NCBI GenBank assembly: GCA_964514165.1
Contig: CAZEPS010000001.1
Coordinates: 1,800 to 65,799, forward strand
Length of the DNA stretch: 64,000 nucleotides
Direction: 5' to 3'
Source: an uncultured Leptospirales bacterium
Lineage (GTDB): Bacteria > Spirochaetota > UBA4802 > UBA5550
A model generated the notes under the pieces. It searched no databases and had not been told where the DNA came from. It saw nothing but the letters and a program-made list of their open reading frames with translations. Shown one piece after another: positions 57,907 through 64,000 of the stretch. The position numbers were made by a program, and so were the translations under genes. The number at the start of each line of letters is the position of its first letter. Position 1 is the stretch's first letter.

Positions 57907-59106
57907 TTACTCCCTCCCTGATATCCTGTTGTAGAGATTGAGTTTCCTCTTCAAATAAAAGTGGGAATATTCATTGAGCCAGTATTTTTTCTGGCTGAGC
58001 AGTTCCCTGTAGAGCCTTCCTATATCACCGGCCCTGTTCTTCAAAGCCTGTTCTTTCTTCAATACCGTTGCGATACTGCTCAGAATGAGCCGCTTCCTGT
58101 AAATGGAGGTGAACCGGCTCCCGTCATGGGAAAACAGGACATCATCACCCTCCAGGGCGGTCCGGTACAATGTTCCGGTTCTGACATTATAGAAATGAAT
58201 AAGCTGGTCCTTCTGGAAACTGAGCATCTTCGGAAAGGGCGAATAGTTAATCCCGGTATTCATTGACTGAGTTGCGAGCACCCGGAGCTTCCCCGTGGAG
58301 ACGTCAAAGAGACAGACGGAAAAGTAGCCCGGGCTTCCCTTTCTAAAAAACACTGTCTTATTGTCCAGCCACCCGATTTCAGATACCGAGGTGATGCCGC
58401 TGACATACAACGGCTTCCCGGTGGTCAGGATCTTTCCCCGATACATCCCGCCGCTCCCGTTCACGCAGAGGAGTTTTTTCCTGTTCGGGGAGAGGATAGC
58501 CACTGTCGGGTTTTCTCCCCGAACTACATCGACATAGCGGCTCAATTCAGCGATAACCCGTGATACCCCCGATTCGGGAAAGAACTCAACTATCCCCCGC
58601 CTGTTCTCGTAGAGGACCGCGTTCCCTGACGGGGTAATGGAAAAATCGAGGAAAGGGCTTCGGGAGGGGATGGATCTCTTCCTCCTCGAAGAAAGGTTCA
58701 CAAACAGGGTTTCCCCTTCCGGTATGTTCTCGGCAGAGACCAAAAGCCGCTTGATGAAAAGGTATTTCCCGTGGGAACTCAGGCGGGAGGATATGACGGT
58801 CCCCGGGAACCTTCCTATCTCTCGGCGCTTCAGGTTGGTCCTGTTATAGGTGTAGATGATATTCACTCCCGGGGTTTCCTTGATATAAACAACGGAAAAC
58901 CCATCCACCCAGTGGGAAAAAATCACGTTCCTGTCTATGACCACTGAACCGGTCTCTTCGTACATGCCGATTTTTTTCGTGACCAGCCTGCTGTAATCCG
59001 GGCTCTCGCGGGACACGTAGATGGAATCAAGATTAATGTCTCTCGCGTACAGCGAAGAGAGTATCGCAGCAAACGCTGCTATGAAGATTATTACCGCGGG
59101 TCTCAC
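57907..59106 (-). CDS. Hypothetical secreted protein, beta-rich (possible beta-propeller)
   Basis: Signal peptide, then repeated beta-strand-like segments of about 40 aa. No catalytic motif. Confidence 0.45.
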   Translation of the reverse strand: MRPAVIIFIAAFAAILSSLYARDINLDSIYVSRESPDYSRLVTKKIGMYEETGSVVIDRNVIFSHWVDGFSVVYIKETPGVNIIYTYNRTNLKRREIGRFPGTVISSRLSSHGKYLFIKRLLVSAENIPEGETLFVNLSSRRKRSIPSRSPFLDFSITPSGNAVLYENRRGIVEFFPESGVSRVIAELSRYVDVVRGENPTVAILSPNRKKLLCVNGSGGMYRGKILTTGKPLYVSGITSVSEIGWLDNKTVFFRKGSPGYFSVCLFDVSTGKLRVLATQSMNTGINYSPFPKMLSFQKDQLIHFYNVRTGTLYRTALEGDDVLFSHDGSRFTSIYRKRLILSSIATVLKKEQALKNRAGDIGRLYRELLSQKKYWLNEYSHFYLKRKLNLYNRISGRE

Positions 59107-59127
59107 AGGAAACGATGTTCTTTATTG

Positions 59128-60561
59128 TCAGATATTCTCTTCAGTCTCTTTTGCGGTCTTTTCAGCCCCCTTTCCAATATCAGGGATCTTAAAACGCTGT
59201 CCCGGGAATATAAGATCGGGATCCTTTATCTGGTCCTTGTTGGCCATGTAGATGTGCGGCCACATACGGGCGTTCCGGTATATCTTCTGGGCAATCTTCC
59301 AGAGGCAGTCCCTGTCCTTCCTGTTCAGCTGTACAATATACATCAGGGCACCGGTCTTCTCCTCTTCTATGAGACCCGGGATCTCGGTATCTGCGATGTA
59401 GTCCTTCTCCCGTGACACGCTGAGGGAATTGAGGAGGGCTTCTGCTTCCCCGGCAAGCTGGATTGATTCCTCGTATTCAGAATCATCGTAGCTGTTCCTG
59501 CTCTTCTCTAAAATGCCGGACGCTATGTCTGTCTGTTCTTCGAACTCGTTCCCGGTGTCCATCTCTTTTACGCCGGAGAGGAGCTTCTCCACTGACTCTA
59601 TCTTCTCTCGGGCTATTCCCCTCATGGTTTTCTTTTTCGCGTCTTTCAGAAGGTTTTCCGCCTCTTCCACCTTTGTTTCAGCCGCTTCAACCTTTTCCTG
59701 CTCGAGGGCCGCTTCAGACTCGTTCAGGGAAGCCATCACGTTCTCGATATCCTCCCCGGCGAAATCAACTTCCCTCTTTTCTTTCAGAAGATTTGCCTCT
59801 TTCCTCACTACTGCAATCCTCTGCCTGAGGCCGGCCTTCTTCATGGCTATCTTGACATTGTTTACGGTTTCTTTCACCTCTTCGATGGCGTTGTACGCCT
59901 CACGAATCTTTTTCTCCTCCAGGTCTTTTTCGGCTATTTCGAGCATGCTTTTTGACCGGTTCAGGTCTGAGAGAAGGTTCTCGGAAATATTTCCCGTTGA
60001 GAGTTCGGTTATCTCTGTACGAAGGGTATCGATATCGTCTTTCAGCATCGGGATATGTTTCTCGGCGATTTCCTTTGCCGTAGTGGCCTCTTCTATCGCC
60101 TTCTGCGAGGCAAGATACGACTCCCAGAATTTTTTTTCAGTGTTCAGGGTGTCCGCTTCCTTTATGGCGCTGTCTGCCTGTGACAGGTGATCGGCGGCGA
60201 ATTTTTCCGCGTACAGGTCCTCGGCCTCCTGGTATATTGCCATCGCCTCGAACATGGTATCCTTCGCCAGGAGGGGAAGGGACGTCTCGATCGCCTTGTT
60301 CGCCAGCCACAATGATTCCAAAGCCTCTTTTTTTGATTTACTTTCGTCATTCTCATCCAGGGACTTGTGCGATTTGAACAGCTCCCGGACCGCCTGATCA
60401 AGGGTTTCCCTGTCATATTTATCAGCCTTCACTTCATTGGCCCGGCGCAGGGCATACCTCGCGTCTACCATCTCTTTTATCGGCACCTTGAGCCGGCATG
60501 ACGGAATAATAAAAATGACCGCCAGGATTACAATCGGCAGGGTTTTCTGTGTAAGTTTCAT
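59128..60561 (-). CDS. LysM domain-containing secreted coiled-coil protein
   Basis: Signal peptide and a long Glu/Lys/Ala-rich coiled coil. The C-terminal LysM is DCLWKIAQKIYRNARMWPHIYMANKDQIKDPDLIFPGQRFKIP. Confidence 0.65.
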   Translation of the reverse strand: MKLTQKTLPIVILAVIFIIPSCRLKVPIKEMVDARYALRRANEVKADKYDRETLDQAVRELFKSHKSLDENDESKSKKEALESLWLANKAIETSLPLLAKDTMFEAMAIYQEAEDLYAEKFAADHLSQADSAIKEADTLNTEKKFWESYLASQKAIEEATTAKEIAEKHIPMLKDDIDTLRTEITELSTGNISENLLSDLNRSKSMLEIAEKDLEEKKIREAYNAIEEVKETVNNVKIAMKKAGLRQRIAVVRKEANLLKEKREVDFAGEDIENVMASLNESEAALEQEKVEAAETKVEEAENLLKDAKKKTMRGIAREKIESVEKLLSGVKEMDTGNEFEEQTDIASGILEKSRNSYDDSEYEESIQLAGEAEALLNSLSVSREKDYIADTEIPGLIEEEKTGALMYIVQLNRKDRDCLWKIAQKIYRNARMWPHIYMANKDQIKDPDLIFPGQRFKIPDIGKGAEKTAKETEENI

Positions 60562-60802
60562 TCTTCCCTCGATTTTTATATGATACTAAAAATATACCTG
60601 TAAAACGACATACTTGTCAATGTTTTTACCGTGTTCTTTGTTGATTTATCCTCTAAACTCTTTTCTTTCCTGTTCAATCCAGAAATAATTATATAGAGGA
60701 CCAGAGCGGGGACGTATTAACAGCCTGTCAGTGAATATTGCAGAATAATCCCATCTTGGAAGGGGGAACCCCCTTGAGAGTACCCCCTTGAAAAAATCTG
60801 TT

Positions 60803-62086
60803 TTAATCTCCCAGGCGGGTCGCCTGGAGGATTACCTTGTTCGGCCAGGTTCTCACGACCTTGATGTCAAACTTCATCTTGTCAGCCTTGGCCGTCAGCC
60901 TGTCAAGGAACGCCTCGGTCTTCCCTGAGAAATAAATCTCGAGCTTCGCGGCGGTGCCCGACTGTCCCTTGAGCTGGACCTCCTTCACGCCCCTGACCCT
61001 GAATTCCAGATTGCTTCTGAATTTCTTGAGATTCGCGTAATCGAGGCCGGTAACGGTAACGTTGATCTGACGGTGCGTCGCTGCGCGGACAAATTTCCTG
61101 ATGATGTTGTTGATAAACGTCCCCGGCTCAAATTCATTGGTCATTTCATTGGTCCTGCCGAGAAGCCGGGACATACCAAGGGTCTTCTCCACCGCCTGCC
61201 TCATGGCCTCCTCGGGATTAATGTGAATCCCCTTGCCGGCGGTCGGAACCGTTGCCGTGGCAAGGATATTCCCGGTGTAAACGTCGATGGCCTTGAGGTC
61301 GACATTCGCCTGGATATACCTGGACCTGGATGTCGCGCCGTACCCCTGGCTGAGGAGCTGCCGCGCCTGAGCGGTGATGTCGGTGAACCTGGTCCGCCCC
61401 ACAATAACAACATCGGCCCCCACATCCTCGAGGAGAAGTTCCATGACGTCATCCCTCATCTGTCCCTGTATGGCGGACATCATCTTGGCCCGTTCGTTCT
61501 TCATAAGCTGCCGTGTCCTGCCCGGATCAACGAATTTAAATCCGGATTTGCCAAGTTCATTCATGAACTTGTTCTCGATGAACCAGTCGGTAATCGTGTC
61601 TCCGGGATATTTCCGGCTCCCCTGGAATTCCTCAACGACCAGAGCCATGAAGGTCGGATTCCCGTACCGGTTCAGGGCGTCACCGATGGCGTCCTTGACT
61701 ACCGCAGGTTCAACGGTGCCCTCGATGACAACATAGTAAAGATTACCCTCGCTCCCCTCACTTTTAATCTTCTCCTTTTTTACCAGCCCGTAGCTCTCTT
61801 CGGTGACCTCGGATTCCACGAGACGGAAATCCTCCATTATCTGCCGTCCTTCGATCGTTGCCCCCAGAACCTTCTGGACCAGTTTGTTCCTGGCGTCGTC
61901 AATGGCCCGGTCCCTGGCGAGTGAAATATCATCGTCGAAGATGGTGGCAGTCCCCTTTGCCTCATCCCGCATCGATTCTCCCGATTTTGATTTCGACCGT
62001 TTAGCCTCAACATTCGTCGAGCTGACACATGATAATATGCTGATAAGAATAAGGACTGTTATCGACAGGTTAATCTTATGATTCAT
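60803..62086 (-). CDS. Hypothetical lipoprotein (possible CsgG/LpoB-like fold)
   Basis: Start taken at the ATG at 62086, preceded by AAGGAG. Lipobox ILSC. No confident family assignment. Confidence 0.45.
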   Translation of the reverse strand: MNHKINLSITVLILISILSCVSSTNVEAKRSKSKSGESMRDEAKGTATIFDDDISLARDRAIDDARNKLVQKVLGATIEGRQIMEDFRLVESEVTEESYGLVKKEKIKSEGSEGNLYYVVIEGTVEPAVVKDAIGDALNRYGNPTFMALVVEEFQGSRKYPGDTITDWFIENKFMNELGKSGFKFVDPGRTRQLMKNERAKMMSAIQGQMRDDVMELLLEDVGADVVIVGRTRFTDITAQARQLLSQGYGATSRSRYIQANVDLKAIDVYTGNILATATVPTAGKGIHINPEEAMRQAVEKTLGMSRLLGRTNEMTNEFEPGTFINNIIRKFVRAATHRQINVTVTGLDYANLKKFRSNLEFRVRGVKEVQLKGQSGTAAKLEIYFSGKTEAFLDRLTAKADKMKFDIKVVRTWPNKVILQATRLGD

Positions 62087-62314
62087 CGTTAATCTCCTTG
62101 CTGTTATGGTCTCTCGCAACCTGTAACATTATTACCCTTTATACTATTAGTCAAATTTTTTTCCGGCCGGTTCCGTTAAAAATTCATCGCTCTTTTGATT
62201 AATATTTATGATTAATAATATTTTTATTGACACAAAAACCGGTATTTATAAATTAAACACTTACAAAATCAAAAATTTTACTTTAATATAAATATTATTC
62301 TGGAGACGACAGAG

Positions 62315-62755
62315 ATGAATCCGATACAGAGGACATTTTCTATTAAACCGTCTGAGATTGATAAAAAGTGGTATCTCGTTGACGCTAAAGGGAAGGTTCT
62401 TGGACGCCTAGCCACTGAAATAGCCATGATCCTGCGGGGTAAGAACAAGCCAGGTTTCACCCCCCACATGGATATGGGCGACAACGTCATCGTAATCAAC
62501 GCTGAAAAGGTTGTGCTGACAGGGATGAAATCCGAGGACAAGGAATACTTTCGACATTCTCAATATCCCGGCGGGATTAAATTCGTCAATATCAAGAAAA
62601 TCATGAAAGAGAAGCACGATTTTGTCATTCACCACGCGGTAAAGGGTATGCTTCCAAAGAACAGGCTTGGAAGAAGTATCATCAAAAATCTGAAAATATA
62701 TGCAGGCAGCGAGCATCCCCATGAGGCCCAGAAGCCTGAAGCGCTTGTAATTTAA
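62315..62755 (+). CDS. rplM: 50S ribosomal protein L13
   Basis: [33 protein letters not shown] is canonical L13. Confidence 0.95.
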   Translation: MNPIQRTFSIKPSEIDKKWYLVDAKGKVLGRLATEIAMILRGKNKPGFTPHMDMGDNVIVINAEKVVLTGMKSEDKEYFRHSQYPGGIKFVNIKKIMKEKHDFVIHHAVKGMLPKNRLGRSIIKNLKIYAGSEHPHEAQKPEALVI

Positions 62756-62767
62756 CGAGGATTAGTA

Positions 62768-63157
62768 ATGGCAGAACGATATTACGCAACGGGACGAAGA
62801 AAAACATCGGTAGCACGGGTATGGATTTCACCGGGTTCCGGCACCATATCAGTAAACGGCCAGCCAATTCACGAATATTTCCGGAGGAAAACCCTGGAAC
62901 TGATTGTCAGGCAGCCCCTGGAACATATCGGTAAGCTGAATGACTACGACATCAAAACCACGGTACTCGGCGGTGGCTGGTCAGGGCAGGCCGGCGCTAT
63001 AAAGATGGGCATAGCCCGATGCCTTCTTCAGGCCGATAATTCAACCAGGAAACAACTCAAGGACGGGGGCTTCCTCACAAGGGACTCCCGGGCTGTGGAA
63101 CGGAAAAAATACGGCCAGAAAAAGGCCAGGAAAAGATTCCAGTTCTCAAAACGATAA
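62768..63157 (+). CDS. rpsI: 30S ribosomal protein S9
   Basis: [20 protein letters not shown] and the C-terminal [18 protein letters not shown] are canonical S9. Confidence 0.95.
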   Translation: MAERYYATGRRKTSVARVWISPGSGTISVNGQPIHEYFRRKTLELIVRQPLEHIGKLNDYDIKTTVLGGGWSGQAGAIKMGIARCLLQADNSTRKQLKDGGFLTRDSRAVERKKYGQKKARKRFQFSKR

Positions 63158-63236
63158 TTCATCATCAACCAGAATACTGTATACTGCAAGGGGCGGCTTT
63201 CTGGAGTCGTCCCTTTTTAGTTTTATTCTCAGTCGC

Positions 63237-63872
63237 TTGTTACACGGTTATATGATTACAATCGTTAAAGTGAAATACAGTGACCGCTGTGTAACCCTCC
63301 ACCTTGACAGCGGTGAGACCCTCAGGCTGCCGCTGAACCTTTCCGGATTATACAACATCCAGCCTAAACAGGAGATAGATACCACCGAATACCGACAGCT
63401 CAAGGATGAATCGATGAGGTTCGAATGCAGGCAGAAGGCCCTGAATTATCTTGCCATGCGCTCGAGATCCACGAAGGAGATAACCGCATATCTTCAAAGA
63501 AAAAATTTCGACAGCGATATCATTGATGAATGCATCCAGCGCCTTAAAGGCGGAAAATACCTCGACGATCTTGAATACGCGAGACAGTACGTGAGAAACA
63601 AGACCGGCAGAAAATCCGTTGGAAAAAACCTCCTGATTCGTGATCTAATACAGAAGGGTATTCCAAAAAAAATTATAAACAGGGTCGTAAAAGAGAGCAT
63701 ACCTGAAACGGACATGAGCGCCCTCAAAGAACTGGCTGAAAAAAAATACCGGAGCCTGGAAGGCAAAAAGAACAGGGCCTACAAATTAAGCTATTTCCTT
63801 CACCAGCGGGGATTCGACAGCGAGGACATCCGGACCGTTATTGACATGATCGACGTTGACGACCTGGATTAA
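63237..63872 (+). CDS. recX: Regulatory protein RecX
   Basis: ALNYLAMRSRSTKEITAYLQRKNF...YLDDLEYARQYVRNK...KSVGKNLLIRDLIQKGI shows the three-repeat RecX helical pattern. Confidence 0.65.
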   Translation: MLHGYMITIVKVKYSDRCVTLHLDSGETLRLPLNLSGLYNIQPKQEIDTTEYRQLKDESMRFECRQKALNYLAMRSRSTKEITAYLQRKNFDSDIIDECIQRLKGGKYLDDLEYARQYVRNKTGRKSVGKNLLIRDLIQKGIPKKIINRVVKESIPETDMSALKELAEKKYRSLEGKKNRAYKLSYFLHQRGFDSEDIRTVIDMIDVDDLD

Positions 63873-63874
63873 TT

Positions 63875-63980
63875 GGGGGGACTTCTAAAAACTCATTTTT
63901 AGTCCTTTTTTGTGCATCCAGCACAATTTTTTGAAAAAAATGGTGCCGGGCTGATTATTTGATGTGCCCTTTAAATAAAA
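63875..63980. repeat. Copy of the composite intergenic repeat (GGGGGGACTTCTAAAAA hairpin / TGTGCATCCAGCACAATTTT / GATGTGCCCTTTAAAT blocks), possibly continuing past the window end
   Basis: Its 5' block matches 51018-51050. Its 3' blocks match 57806-57870 and 51118-51137. Confidence 0.65.
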
Positions 63981-64000
63981 CTTTTTTCAATTCCCGTTGT

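Noticed and set aside
60750-60830. Direct repeat CCCCCTTGA x2, the GGGGGAACCCCC motif and a CCAGGCG-ggt-CGCCTGG hairpin
   Set aside because: These are short and isolated. The hairpin lies inside the 3' coding end of the lipoprotein gene. There is no spacer/repeat periodicity, so this is not a CRISPR array or a recognisable terminator, as no T-tract follows.
62227-62255. TTGACA followed by TATAAAT upstream of rplM
   Set aside because: The spacer is only 14-15 nt, so the element is sub-optimal. The r-protein operon likely has a promoter here, but I cannot place it confidently.
1-64000. Search for tRNA, rRNA, CRISPR arrays, integrases and transposases
   Set aside because: No cloverleaf-compatible ~75-nt segments with conserved GTTC/T-loop features were seen in the intergenic gaps. 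There are no regularly spaced direct repeats, and no recombinase or transposase ORFs. Covariance-model tools could still find a small RNA that I missed.

Overview
The window is a 64-kb chromosomal segment of a diderm (Gram-negative-type) bacterium. The reading is based on: a truncated MlaD/MCE gene, outer-membrane barrel candidates, a System I cytochrome c maturation operon, O-antigen/LPS-type sugar genes and lipoproteins. Coding density is high and runs mostly on the minus strand. No rRNA, tRNA, CRISPR array, integrase or transposase was recognised.

Main blocks:
- Envelope and proteolysis cluster (0.5-7 kb): secreted TPR protein, PII-like DUF190, HtrA/DegP protease, Amidase_3-like protein, followed by a clean bidirectional rho-independent terminator.
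- Glycerate 2-kinase and ManC, then a 1052-aa helical-repeat protein of unknown function, an outer-membrane barrel, an amino-acid binding protein, a TPR protein and a patatin-like lipase.
- A divergent unit with a SAM methyltransferase and an orphan Hpt protein.
- A ccmABC(D)EF cytochrome c maturation operon (19.6-24.3 kb). Its CcmE carries a CxxxY motif rather than HxxxY. It is fused directly downstream of gmd/rmd.
- A ~16-kb polysaccharide (O-antigen/EPS-like) locus (24.3-40.5 kb) carrying both the GDP-D-rhamnose (gmd/rmd) and dTDP-L-rhamnose (rfbABCD) pathways, four glycosyltransferases, Wzy, Wzx, an MBOAT O-acyltransferase with a DltD/AlgJ-like partner, and an IspD/TarI-type cytidylyltransferase. 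Its central part (about 33.1-39.8 kb) is strongly AT-rich, which suggests horizontal acquisition.
- Housekeeping genes ribF, guaA-purE, smpB, rplM-rpsI and recX; an ECF sigma / FecR anti-sigma pair; and a cheD-HDOD-zinc-ribbon-methyltransferase operon behind a textbook sigma70 promoter.
- A membrane/envelope cluster ending in an M50 site-2 protease.

The least-explained signal is a family of mosaic, hairpin-rich intergenic repeat elements that share conserved blocks:
- GGGGACTTCTAAAA...TTTTTGAAGTCCCC
- AACCTC...GAGGTT plus TTTGGGTACGYAATATG
- CCAGCAC...GTGCTGG
- GATGTGCCCWTTAAAT

At least five loci carry these blocks. One overlaps the stop codon of rfbD and one sits in a promoter region with a 37-bp perfect palindrome.
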